A stretch of 64,000 nucleotides of DNA from a virus: the IMG/VR virus record IMGVR_UViG_3300044695_008209, positions 32,001 to 96,000 of that record. One strand, 5' to 3'. A model generated the notes under the pieces. The model was not told the origin of the DNA. It searched no databases and saw only the letters and a list, made by a program, of their open reading frames with translations. The position numbers and the translations under genes are program-made. How positions within the stretch are numbered: position 1 is the stretch's first letter; every line of letters starts with the position of its first letter. Positions 17,189 through 26,306 of the stretch are shown in pieces.

Positions 17189-17923
17189 CTACTCGAGGTC
17201 GACGTCGTCGTTGTCGTCCCCGCCGGCCGGGTCACGGTCGTCCGGCTCCGCTGCATCTGCGCGCTGTCCCTCAGCGACCTTCTCCAGGAACCTCCGGAAC
17301 TCCAGGTCCAGGCCCTGCTCCCCGATGAACGCGCAGCAGAGCTCCTTGAGGGACTTCTCGTCCCAGTCCAGCCCGTCCATGACGTCGTCGAGGTGCGCCA
17401 CGGGGTCGTCTCCGGTGCCCAGCATGGCGCGCTCCAGCCGGTCGCCCGCCGCGCTCGCGTGCGCCCAGCGGATGTCGTCCCGCGTGATGATCACGCAGAA
17501 ACCGCCGTACCCGTCGAACAGCGGCCGCGACGCCGTGTTCGCCCCCTCCACTCGGAGGAACCGAACCTCCTCCGGGAGGTAGGACAGGAGCCACTGGAGC
17601 CACACCGCGCTCTGGTCGTCGATGCTCTCGTCGAAGAAGATGTGCGTGTTCTCCTCGTAGCGGGTGACGCTCATGCACCGGACGCCCGAGAGCGCCTCCT
17701 CGGTCCAGGCCCAGTTCATGCGGTTGTCGGGGGCGAGGTCCTCCCCAAGTTCAATCAGTCCCGCCTCGACGAGCGTGTTGAAGAAGTCGCGGTCGGCCCA
17801 GAGCTCGTCGAGGAGGGCGTCCTCGTCTCCGCCCGAACTCGCCTCGAGCAGGATGTGGTGCACGAAGTCGGGGACGTTTTCGATCGGCGCGGTCACGCAC
17901 GCCGGCGTGTAGTAGCCGGCCAC
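17189..17923 (-). CDS. Acidic hypothetical protein
   Basis: 244 aa, Asp/Glu-rich, GC3-rich. Confidence 0.7.
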   Translation of the reverse strand: MAGYYTPACVTAPIENVPDFVHHILLEASSGGDEDALLDELWADRDFFNTLVEAGLIELGEDLAPDNRMNWAWTEEALSGVRCMSVTRYEENTHIFFDESIDDQSAVWLQWLLSYLPEEVRFLRVEGANTASRPLFDGYGGFCVIITRDDIRWAHASAAGDRLERAMLGTGDDPVAHLDDVMDGLDWDEKSLKELCCAFIGEQGLDLEFRRFLEKVAEGQRADAAEPDDRDPAGGDDNDDVDLE

Positions 17924-18208
17924 CTACTTCTCCTTCTTGCTCTGACGTACGCGCCAGATGCGGGGGTCTTCTTCTCCGGCCAGGGCCGTGGACACGACCT
18001 TGCCGAGGCGGTCCTTGTCGTCGAGGTAGAGCCGTTCCACGCTCACACGCGAGTCGAGACCGCGGCTGCGCAGCGTGGTCTCGGTCTCGTCGTGGGTGAG
18101 GTACGTCACGGCACGCCCCTTCCCAGCCTCCTCATTCGCGACCAGGATGAGCATGGCCGTCTTGTACGTCTTGGGCGGACCCTTGATGGTGGTGATGTTC
18201 TTGGGCAT
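17924..18208 (-). CDS. Short protein with degenerate P-loop
   Basis: TIKGPPKTYKTAMLI...GRAVTYLTHDE resembles the start of a RecA/DnaB-type ATPase. Confidence 0.5.
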   Translation of the reverse strand: MPKNITTIKGPPKTYKTAMLILVANEEAGKGRAVTYLTHDETETTLRSRGLDSRVSVERLYLDDKDRLGKVVSTALAGEEDPRIWRVRQSKKEK

Positions 18209-18209
18209 C

Positions 18210-18599
18210 TCAGTTCTCCTCCTCGTCCTGGACGACGCGGGGGACGAACCCGGTGCGCCTCTCTTCGATCGGCGCGGGGCCGGTGACCGGGAACGTGGGG
18301 GCCAGCTGCGCGATGCACGCGTACGGGATCTCGACCGCGTACAGGCGGTCGAAGCTGAGGTTGCACGACACGTGGTCGTCGTGGAACTCCGCGCACATGC
18401 TGTCGAACACCTTCGCCTCCAGCGCCAGGAGAAGGATCGGGTTCCAGGTCGGATCCTCGAGGACGTGGAGCGGGAACCCGTTGTTCGGGTGCAGGCGGAG
18501 CACCGGCGTCACCAGGCACATGCCGAAGTCGACGTAGCTCTCGAAGGTCATCTTGAGGATCGTGCGCACGGTGCGGATCCTGTCCTTGTCGTCGTTCAT
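18210..18599 (-). CDS. SspB-like (ClpXP adaptor) protein
   Basis: PILLLAL....D...E...DHVSCNLSF...YAVEIPYACIAQL pattern plus acidic C-tail. Confidence 0.55.
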   Translation of the reverse strand: MNDDKDRIRTVRTILKMTFESYVDFGMCLVTPVLRLHPNNGFPLHVLEDPTWNPILLLALEAKVFDSMCAEFHDDHVSCNLSFDRLYAVEIPYACIAQLAPTFPVTGPAPIEERRTGFVPRVVQDEEEN

Positions 18600-19171
18600 G
18601 CTTCCTCGATGGTGAAGGTGGCGTGGATGTTGAAGCGGAGGGGAATCTTGGTGTCCTGATGCACACCGGCGAGCTTGTGTGCGGTGAGCTCGATGAGCGA
18701 CCCACTGGGCACGCGGTGCGCGGAGAAGATCCGCCCCGCGCGATCAGCGAGCACGGGCAACAGGCGCACTTCCTCGGTCCCGCCCCCCGTACTCTGGAGC
18801 CGCGGCACGACGACCCGGTTCGTCCCCAAGGCGGAGGAGCGCCCGGCCAACACGACGAGACACACCTCGATCCTGGTGGTGTCCATCCGCAGGACCGCCT
18901 CCATCAGAGGGGCCTCCAGCTGGCTGAGGTCGAGGACGACCGCGTCGAAGGTGGCCAGTACCGGCGTCTGCGCGGGCCACGGCGCTTTCCCGTAGAGCTG
19001 CTCCGGGGTGATGATCTCCGGTCGGTGCACCGACGGGAACCACCGCTCGATGCTGAATGCCTCGTCGGAGACCACGAGGACGTGCTTGCCCGCCTCCTCC
19101 ATCTGCCGACTGACCCAGCTGGCCAAGGCCGTGCGCCCGCTCTTGGCGGGTCCCGTGATGACCGTGAGCAT
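18596..19171 (-). CDS. Degenerate P-loop NTPase-like protein
   Basis: LTVITGPAKSGRTAL; FDAVVLD Walker-B-like. Confidence 0.55.
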   Translation of the reverse strand: MLTVITGPAKSGRTALASWVSRQMEEAGKHVLVVSDEAFSIERWFPSVHRPEIITPEQLYGKAPWPAQTPVLATFDAVVLDLSQLEAPLMEAVLRMDTTRIEVCLVVLAGRSSALGTNRVVVPRLQSTGGGTEEVRLLPVLADRAGRIFSAHRVPSGSLIELTAHKLAGVHQDTKIPLRFNIHATFTIEEA

Positions 19172-19431
19172 CAGGACGCCTCTTTCGGAACCACGAGCGC
19201 CTGCTCTTCGAGCATGGCCTTCAGGTCCGCGCGCATCTCCGGGGACACCGCCAAGGCCTCCTTCAGGCAGACCATCACGTCGCCCCAGCCGACGGCGAGG
19301 CACTTCTTGCCGGACTTCGGCACGAGGAGCCCTTCCGAGAACGCTTCCGGCTGCGCCAGCGCCTTGGACATCGTGAACTCCATCGTGATGCCGCTGCGCT
19401 TCACGCCGTAGTACATGGCCTTCTTCATCAC
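19171..19431 (-). CDS. Hypothetical protein
   Basis: Coupled ORF. Confidence 0.55.
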   Translation of the reverse strand: MMKKAMYYGVKRSGITMEFTMSKALAQPEAFSEGLLVPKSGKKCLAVGWGDVMVCLKEALAVSPEMRADLKAMLEEQALVVPKEAS

Positions 19432-19847
19432 TCTTCTCCGTCCCGCCAGTGGCAGTCTTGGAGCGTCCAGTCGGTACGCTCCGGTTGTTGGATCAGCCGG
19501 CGCTCGAGCGCCGCGTAGTCGACGGTCAGGAACGTGGTCATCTCAGGCCACGTCTCCTTGCGCATCTTGTGCATGAGCAGCCGAAATCGGTCGCCCTCCT
19601 CCGTGCGGGGCATCGGGATGTTCTGCAGCGCAGGACCACGTCGATGGCGATCCAGGACCCGCACCCCCTCGAACGTGACGGGGTTGTTCTTCGCGAGGCG
19701 CCGCAGCTCCCACACGAACTCGTCCATCTTGGCCCGGTCCTCCGGCGAGAGCAGTCGGTCCGTGGAGATCAGCGAGATGCTGTCGCGGAAGAAGGGGACT
19801 ACCGGAATGCTGCCGAAGAGAAGCTCAAAATCATCCTTGCGGCTCAT
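19428..19847 (-). CDS. Hypothetical protein
   Basis: AGGAG RBS before ATG 19847. Confidence 0.55.
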   Translation of the reverse strand: MSRKDDFELLFGSIPVVPFFRDSISLISTDRLLSPEDRAKMDEFVWELRRLAKNNPVTFEGVRVLDRHRRGPALQNIPMPRTEEGDRFRLLMHKMRKETWPEMTTFLTVDYAALERRLIQQPERTDWTLQDCHWRDGEE

Positions 19848-20055
19848 GCGCCTTCTCCTTCTTGGGCGGAGTGATCCGCACGTAGACATCCTTGAGCCAG
19901 TGCCGGAACTTGTGGACCTCCGAGCCCTTCCGGTCCACGAGGTTCTCGTTGCTCGCCTGCACGACTGTCCAGTCCAGGCGTTCCGGCAGGAACACCCCGA
20001 TGGGAGAGTCCATCGGGGTGACGCGGAAGTCGCGCACCAAGGGCCTGGGCTCCAT
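19831..20055 (-). CDS. Hypothetical protein
   Basis: 74 aa, coupled. Confidence 0.55.
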   Translation of the reverse strand: MEPRPLVRDFRVTPMDSPIGVFLPERLDWTVVQASNENLVDRKGSEVHKFRHWLKDVYVRITPPKKEKAHEPQG

Positions 20056-20282
20056 CAGGACTTCCTCTCGCGGCTGCGCCTGAACCCCTCGAGCGCGTCA
20101 GTTGTGCGCTGGCACTCCACCCAGGGGAAGTGGAAGTACGGTCCAAGGATGCTGAGATCGCGTGCCAGGCCCTGGTAGAACTTGAGCGCGGTGTCGAGCT
20201 CGGCGTCCGTGAGCCCGTCGCCGACGGAGATCTTGCGGATGATCTCCTTGGTCATCCCTACGTTGTCGCGGTTGCTCGCCAT
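20055..20282 (-). CDS. Hypothetical protein
   Basis: TGATG overlap with the ligase stop. Confidence 0.6.
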   Translation of the reverse strand: MASNRDNVGMTKEIIRKISVGDGLTDAELDTALKFYQGLARDLSILGPYFHFPWVECQRTTDALEGFRRSRERKS

Positions 20283-21637
20283 CACAGCCTCGGGTTGATG
20301 CACTCGTCGAGCTTCTTGTCGAAGCGGACGCCGAGCACGCGTGGGTAGGTGAGAGCGTCGGTCTTCTCGCCCTCGGACTTGTAGGTGCGCGCCGTGTACT
20401 CCACCTGGAGCACGATCGGGTAGTCGGCGGGGTCCGAGTACTTCTCACGGAACTTGTCGTCGATGCCGCCGCCGCACTCGCAGATGTAGATGAGGTCGCC
20501 GGTGCTGTTGTACTGGTAGAGGCTGACCGCCCCGACCATGCCGCGGTTGTTGCCGGAACCCCACTTGCCCTGGACGCCCTCGCCACGCGCGTTGTTGGGG
20601 TCGAACTTCGCGACGAAGTCGTCCTCGTAGCAGGGCTTGAGCTTCCCGCAGAACTTCCCCGGGCGGTCGGTCTTGCCGCGGAAGTTGTAGGCCTTGTCGC
20701 CGTAGGTGCCCTCCGGATCAACGACGACCCAACCCTCCCACTTCCACTTCTTGGACACGGCCTGGGCGAACTCGCTGTGGTCCTTGATGTCCTGCTCGGG
20801 CTTGTCGTGGAACATGCGCCGCAGCTGCCCGACCTCCCAGACCTCCACCGGGAGGAACCAGCTGGTGCCCTTCCAGGAGTGGTCGAAGACGTCCCAGATG
20901 AGCTCGTAGCGCTTCCCGATCGGCAGCGTGCTCGCCAAGTCCGCCCCGTCCCAGAACGGGATGTCCCAGACGTAGAGGAAGGGAGGCGGCATGTCGTCGA
21001 GCGCCTCGGGAGTGAGGCTCTTCATGAACGACGCGATGCTCCACCGGGTGTCGTCCTTCGCGTCCCCCACGATGTCGCCGAGCAGGATCGAGTTGTTCGG
21101 GACGTCGGTGCGTGCCTCGAGCTCGGCCACCATCCGCACCAGGCGGTCGCGCCACTCGTACTGACCCACCTCGAGGTGGTGGCAGCGGAGCATCGTCCGC
21201 GAGTAGACGTCCACGTGGCCGTCGGGCCCCTTGACGATGACGAGGCACTCGCCGTCGCGCTTGCGCCCCAGCCACGCCGTTCGAGCTTCGACCTTCTTCA
21301 GCAGCGCGGTGCTGAGGGTGTTGTCCGGCTTGTAGAACCGGAGGTTGATGGGCAGCGTGCTGTTCCAGTCGATGCTGGTGGCGCGCTCCGAGCCCTCCTC
21401 CGTGTAGCCGGTCCTCGTCTTCTTCAGGATCGCGCGCCCGGCCTCGTACAGCGCGTCCTCCTCGGGGGTGACCTCGTTGGACCGGCCGATGTTCTTCCCG
21501 ACGCCCACGTCGACGACGGTCTGCATCTTCCCGCCGTCCTCGCCGTAGGCGGAGCGGATCTCCGCGCCCACGACCTCGATGGTCCAGATGCGGGTCTTGC
21601 CCGTCCGCGACACCTGCCGGAACTCACGCTTCTCCAT
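20282..21637 (-). CDS. lig: ATP-dependent DNA ligase
   Basis: Motif I GRKRDG; EGWVV; KLKP..EDD; OB-fold tail ending YPRVLGVRFDK; WGR-like N-terminus. Confidence 0.88.
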   Translation of the reverse strand: MEKREFRQVSRTGKTRIWTIEVVGAEIRSAYGEDGGKMQTVVDVGVGKNIGRSNEVTPEEDALYEAGRAILKKTRTGYTEEGSERATSIDWNSTLPINLRFYKPDNTLSTALLKKVEARTAWLGRKRDGECLVIVKGPDGHVDVYSRTMLRCHHLEVGQYEWRDRLVRMVAELEARTDVPNNSILLGDIVGDAKDDTRWSIASFMKSLTPEALDDMPPPFLYVWDIPFWDGADLASTLPIGKRYELIWDVFDHSWKGTSWFLPVEVWEVGQLRRMFHDKPEQDIKDHSEFAQAVSKKWKWEGWVVVDPEGTYGDKAYNFRGKTDRPGKFCGKLKPCYEDDFVAKFDPNNARGEGVQGKWGSGNNRGMVGAVSLYQYNSTGDLIYICECGGGIDDKFREKYSDPADYPIVLQVEYTARTYKSEGEKTDALTYPRVLGVRFDKKLDECINPRL

Positions 21638-21647
21638 GTTGCTCTCC

Positions 21648-21657
21648 TGTACTCACA
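21648..21657 (-). promoter_or_regulatory. Class-B box TGTGAGTACA
   Basis: Exact 10-mer abutting the ligase RBS (TGTGAGTACA-GGAGAGCAAC-ATG). Confidence 0.7.
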
Positions 21658-21672
21658 AGGGTAGTTGTCTGC

Positions 21673-21888
21673 ATGAACTCGATCACCGTCACCGGCCCTG
21701 TCGACCTCCCCGCGATGAAGACCGCCGTCGAGCGCGAGCTCGAGGAGTTCGACGCGTTCTTCACCCGGCCCGTTTCCGACGGCGGGGCTGGGAACTCGGA
21801 CCCACTCCTCCCGATGGAGAAGGCCCTCCTCCGGACCTACCTCCTCGCCCACCTCTCTGGTCGGTTTTCTCCCCCAGCGGGGAGCTGA
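21673..21888 (+). CDS. Hypothetical protein
   Basis: 71-aa GC3-rich ORF. Confidence 0.55.
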   Translation: MNSITVTGPVDLPAMKTAVERELEEFDAFFTRPVSDGGAGNSDPLLPMEKALLRTYLLAHLSGRFSPPAGS

Positions 21889-22234
21889 ACAGTCCCTCCC
21901 GGAGACGCACCAACTCCCCAGGGGGACCACGAGCGGGCAGGGGCGCATCGCGCAGCTCGCTCTCGGTGCTGCAGTAGCCGAGCAGAGTCGAGGTCAGGGA
22001 GCCGGGGACGCGTCGCCCGGACGCATCGACCTCCCACCGCGCGTACGCCTGGATGTAGCACTCCAGCTCGGGGCGCCAAGTCACGTAGACGCCGCCCACG
22101 ACGTCCCCGTCGACCTCCACGAACCCCACTGACCAGAAGTCGACGGGACCCGCTCCGCAGGTCGGGCACTGGTACAGCGCCGAGGCGACCTCCACCATGA
22201 GATGCGCCGGCTGAATCGGACAATGAAGCTGCAT
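21761..22234 (-). CDS. Hypothetical protein with CPTC motif
   Basis: GGAGG RBS before ATG 22234; 3' end overlaps a convergent gene. Confidence 0.5.
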   Translation of the reverse strand: MQLHCPIQPAHLMVEVASALYQCPTCGAGPVDFWSVGFVEVDGDVVGGVYVTWRPELECYIQAYARWEVDASGRRVPGSLTSTLLGYCSTESELRDAPLPARGPPGELVRLREGLFSSPLGEKTDQRGGRGGRSGGGPSPSGGVGPSSQPRRRKRAG

Positions 22235-22353
22235 TATTCCTCCACTAAGAAAGATGCCTCGCGAACTTCGTAGGTCCGCAGAGAGGCGAGGTAGGGTTCT
22301 GCAGTTCCATAGTTCTTATGCGTCTTTTAGCTGGGAGTTATGGGACGACCCCC

Positions 22354-22722
22354 TCAGGCGGAGGGGGTGTTGTCCAGGGTCTGCTGCCGGATCTGCATCA
22401 GCAGCAGGAGCGCGCGGGCGTCACCCGGCTCCTCCAGGGCCTCGTTGAGCAAATCGACCTGCTCGTCCGTGGCGAAGTACGCCACCCCGCCGATGGTGAC
22501 CGGCTTGTAGGGAGAGGTCCCCTTCCCGTCGAACTCCTTGCGCACGGCCGCGGCGATGCGCTCCGCGGCCCCCGACTGCGCGCTGTTCAGCATCACGCCC
22601 GCCATCAGGCGTCGCGCGCGCATGTCCTTGATGTGCTTCTCGCTCTGCCAGGCGGCGACGCTGAGCGCCGCGTCCAGGGCAGCAGCCGCTGGAAGCGCGG
22701 CGAGGATGAAGAGAAAGGGCAT
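22354..22722 (-). CDS. Hypothetical protein with hydrophobic N-terminus
   Basis: GGCACTACAACC-ATG with CATAAG box at 22751-22746. Confidence 0.6.
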   Translation of the reverse strand: MPFLFILAALPAAAALDAALSVAAWQSEKHIKDMRARRLMAGVMLNSAQSGAAERIAAAVRKEFDGKGTSPYKPVTIGGVAYFATDEQVDLLNEALEEPGDARALLLLMQIRQQTLDNTPSA

Positions 22723-22794
22723 GGTTGTAGTGCCTCCTTGGCTACCTTATGACCAGGAAGGGCATCGACTTGCCCGGGCTGCTATGCTGCCTCC

Positions 22795-25700
22795 ATGCTG
22801 GTGTACCCCGATCAGATGCAGGGAGGTCCGGGCGGACAGATGCCCGGCGCCGTGCCTGTGCCCGGGCAGTCGGTCTACCCGCCGCAGTTCTCCTACGCGC
22901 CCCGGAACTACGGCGGGCCCGCGAACAACATGGCGTCAGGCATTGGGGCCGGCGTGGCCAGCATCCCATCGGCGATGAGCACGGTCGGCATGGTGGCCGG
23001 CGTCGGGTCGATGTTCTCCTCGAGCCCGATGCTTCGAGGGCTGTCCTTCCTCGACCCGACGACTGCGGGCTTCGAGATGGGTGCAGCCCGCTTCGCTGCT
23101 TCGCGAGCTGCCGGAGCCGGAATCGGGTCGGCCCTCGGAGCTGGCGCGGCGGTGGCCCTTCCCGTAGCGGCCGCCGGCATGGCTGCGTTCGAGGGCATGC
23201 GGTACACCGGGCAGCAGTTCATGACGGGTGCGCGCGAGCAGCAGATGCTCGGAGCGCAGCTGGGCGGCATCGGCTTCGCCAACGCCGGCGCGATGGGCGG
23301 TCGCGGGTTCGGGTTCGGACAGCAGCGGCAGATCGGCCAGATGATGCGCGAGATCGACGCGGCCGACCCCTTCACCACGATGGGTGACCTGAACAAGTCC
23401 ATGGACCAGTTCACCGGTCTGGGGATGCACCGCGGCATCGAGGACGCCAAGGAGTTCGCCAAGAAGTTCGAGCAGTTCGCCAAGACGACGAAGGAGATGG
23501 CCAAGATCCTCGGCAAGACCCAGGAGGAGGCGGGGGCCATCTTCGCCCAGATGAAGCACTCGGGGTTCTACACGGCGAACGACGTGATGGGGAACACGCG
23601 TCAGCTGGGCATGGCGCGGAGCATGGGCATGGACGAGCAGACGTTCCACGCCATGCAGGGTCAGGGGGCCGGAACCGCGCGCGCCCTGGGGATGCGTGGA
23701 CGCGCCGGCGCGGTCTCCTCTGCGCGCTTCGCGTCCGACCTCATGCTCGGCGCTACGAGCCGCGCCTCCGGTGGAGTCGGTGCCTTCTCGGACACCGACC
23801 TCATGGACATCACGGGCGCTGGAACCGGGGCCGAGGCTGCCGCGCAGATGGGCGCGCAGATGTCCGCGACGATCGGCAACTTCCTGACCAACACGGCCGC
23901 GGGCCGCGGGTTCACCTCCGTGCTCGGGGAGAAGCGCGGAGGCCGCTACACCGGCGGGCTGGACCAAGCGATGGTGGCGAAGATGGCGGGCGGCGGGGTC
24001 GCGTTCCACGATCTCGCGGGGCTGGGGAGCTCGAAGATGGGCGACGCCGCGGGGCGTGCCTCCTTCTCGATCGGGCAGAACAAGATCGCCTCCTCCATCA
24101 TGGAGAGCGACGCCGGAATCGACGCCCTCCTGACCAGCATCGACCGCGAGGCCGACAGCTGGGGACGCAAGAACGGGGTCGCGGAGGAGGATCGGTTCTC
24201 TCTGTTCGCGAAGAAGGTGCTGCAGGACGACGAGCGCATGCTCGAGAAGCTCAAGGAGACGAGGAAGCACGCCCTTGAGCTTCGGGTGGCGACGCTGCGC
24301 AAGATGCGTACGGAGAGCGCCGCAGCCGCCTACCAGGTGGACATGGCCGAGAACTACACCTTCGGCGGGGTGATGGCTCAGGTCGGCGAGGGGCTGTACA
24401 ACGTCACCGGCATGAACACGGTGCGTCAGGCCGGCGCGAACCTCACGTCGAGTTCGCAAGAGACCAGCCAGCGCGTGTGGGACACGATCACGGGGACTGA
24501 GCGGTTGAACATCTCCGACGCCAGTGCGCGTCAGAGTCTGATGCGGATTGTGTCTGGCCGGGGTGGCGGTGCCGGGCTGGGGACCGCCGCTTCGGGGCGA
24601 GACTTCGCCGGCGGGTCCGCGGCGGCGCAGAGCCTCGGTCTCGGGGGTGCCGGTGTTGCGCGAGAGCTGGGCATCCAGACCTCCATCGCTCGCACTGGGC
24701 GCTACGACCAGAACGATGAGAACTGGGGTGGTGGCGAGGGGCAGGCGATCGACTCCTTCATGTCCACCCCACAGGGACTCGCCGCCAAGAGCTACATCAT
24801 GCAGGCCCGTGCGCTGCGCGAGGCCGGCAAGGACGACTCCGAGCCCCTCCGGTTGGCGAGCGAGCTGATCGAGTCGAACCCCGCACTGCGAGCGGGCAAC
24901 GTCGAGCAGGATGTGGATTACCAAGGCGGCGCGGTAGCCAATACCGGACGCCGCGACAAGATCATGGCAGCGGTGATGTCGCGTGCTGGGGACGGGCGCG
25001 CGGCGGCGAAGCTTCGAGGCAAGGGCGGGATCAAGTCCCACGCATACGGAGACCTCAAGAGCGCGCGGGAGGCGGCTGAGGGCGCATGGGGTCCCGGCTC
25101 CGTGTTCGGGAGCGATCTGGAGCGCTCGAAGGTCGCCCTCGCCGCCGGCGGCGTTGGATCGGACCTGTTCGTCGCGATGTCCCAGGATAAAGACCTCCAG
25201 AGGGGGGACAACGCGCACCGCGGCCTCGGTGTTCTGGAGGAGGAGCTGGCGGAGGAACTTCGGTACGCCACAGGAGACGAGCGCCTCGACATTTTGGCCC
25301 GCGGTGCGAGCAAGAAGTACGGGCAGTCGTTCTCCCGGGAATCGGTGAAGGCGCTGGCCAGTGTGGAGGCGCAGGAGTCCGAGTTCTACAACATGAAGTA
25401 CTACCGCCAGGGAGGGGCAGGCTCCGCCGAGGCGCGCAAGGAGCTGTCAGGACTCTACGCGACGGCCGGGATGAAGGCCAAGGACTACCAGGACTACGCG
25501 ATCCAATCCACGACGGCCCGGGGGCTGTCTGGGGTTCTGGGCGGAGCTCCGGAGGAGATCCGGCAGGCGCTCGGCGCGGACTACGACAGAGCGCTCACCT
25601 CGATGCGGGCGCTCGCAGACGGCGGCGGCAACTCCGGCGCGGCATTCAACGACCTGAGCGCGCTGATCACCTCTGTCGGGAGCAAGGACCTCAGCGGGAT

Positions 25701-26097
25701 GGCCGGAGGGAAAGAGCTGATGATGCTCGCTGCCCGCCAGAAGGCGGGACTCACGGCCGCGTCCACCGGGAGCCTCTCTGCGACCGCGAAGGCGATGGGC
25801 GTCTCCGAAGAGGACCTTCGCACTCTTTCCGGCAACGCGAGTGGAACGCTCACCAACGAGGACCTCTCGAAGGCCGTCATGCAGATGAGCGGGGTGCAGA
25901 CTGCCGAGGCGCTCGGCTCCGCACAGGGTGGCGGGATCTTCCGTCGTGGAGAGACCGTGGAGCAGCAGATGATGCTGAACCTGGAGTCCCTGGCGAAGAC
26001 GGTCAAGCAGGCGTCGGAGAACACCGCCATCCTCGCCTACAACATCAAGGAGGGTAAGCCTTTGACGGTGCCTCCTGCTGCGGAGGCACCGAGATGA
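22795..26097 (+). CDS. Tape measure protein-like
   Basis: 1100 aa, Ala/Gly/Met-rich and helical, at the head of the baseplate operon. Confidence 0.75.
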   Translation: MLVYPDQMQGGPGGQMPGAVPVPGQSVYPPQFSYAPRNYGGPANNMASGIGAGVASIPSAMSTVGMVAGVGSMFSSSPMLRGLSFLDPTTAGFEMGAARFAASRAAGAGIGSALGAGAAVALPVAAAGMAAFEGMRYTGQQFMTGAREQQMLGAQLGGIGFANAGAMGGRGFGFGQQRQIGQMMREIDAADPFTTMGDLNKSMDQFTGLGMHRGIEDAKEFAKKFEQFAKTTKEMAKILGKTQEEAGAIFAQMKHSGFYTANDVMGNTRQLGMARSMGMDEQTFHAMQGQGAGTARALGMRGRAGAVSSARFASDLMLGATSRASGGVGAFSDTDLMDITGAGTGAEAAAQMGAQMSATIGNFLTNTAAGRGFTSVLGEKRGGRYTGGLDQAMVAKMAGGGVAFHDLAGLGSSKMGDAAGRASFSIGQNKIASSIMESDAGIDALLTSIDREADSWGRKNGVAEEDRFSLFAKKVLQDDERMLEKLKETRKHALELRVATLRKMRTESAAAAYQVDMAENYTFGGVMAQVGEGLYNVTGMNTVRQAGANLTSSSQETSQRVWDTITGTERLNISDASARQSLMRIVSGRGGGAGLGTAASGRDFAGGSAAAQSLGLGGAGVARELGIQTSIARTGRYDQNDENWGGGEGQAIDSFMSTPQGLAAKSYIMQARALREAGKDDSEPLRLASELIESNPALRAGNVEQDVDYQGGAVANTGRRDKIMAAVMSRAGDGRAAAKLRGKGGIKSHAYGDLKSAREAAEGAWGPGSVFGSDLERSKVALAAGGVGSDLFVAMSQDKDLQRGDNAHRGLGVLEEELAEELRYATGDERLDILARGASKKYGQSFSRESVKALASVEAQESEFYNMKYYRQGGAGSAEARKELSGLYATAGMKAKDYQDYAIQSTTARGLSGVLGGAPEEIRQALGADYDRALTSMRALADGGGNSGAAFNDLSALITSVGSKDLSGMAGGKELMMLAARQKAGLTAASTGSLSATAKAMGVSEEDLRTLSGNASGTLTNEDLSKAVMQMSGVQTAEALGSAQGGGIFRRGETVEQQMMLNLESLAKTVKQASENTAILAYNIKEGKPLTVPPAAEAPR

Positions 26098-26306
26098 GCC
26101 GCCGAGAGGTCTCCTTCACCATCCAAACCGAGGACGGCCCCAAGACCGTCACGGTTCTCAGCGCGGTCTCCGTGGACGACGTGACCCGCGTGGCCCTCGG
26201 GAGCTACGTGCGCAGCGTGCGTGATGGCACCGAGTACGCTACCCCCTTCTCCCGCGGCATTCGCGACCTGCTCGTGCGCACGCGCATCTCGCAGAGGAGT
26301 TCCTGA
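26094..26306 (+). CDS. Small hypothetical (structural operon)
   Basis: ATGA/TGATG coupling on both sides. Confidence 0.6.
   Translation: MSRREVSFTIQTEDGPKTVTVLSAVSVDDVTRVALGSYVRSVRDGTEYATPFSRGIRDLLVRTRISQRSS

Noticed and set aside
5901-17926. Stop-codon (TAG) recoding, suggested by in-frame neighbours at 6131/6135, 9480/9490, 15988/15989 and 17924/17923
   Set aside because: Other TAG-ending genes are followed out of frame (12264, 31678, 34442, 36835), and conserved long genes are not interrupted by TAG
19428-19847. DNA polymerase A (TVDYAALERRL resembles motif A)
   Set aside because: Only 139 aa with no other polymerase motifs; at most a remnant
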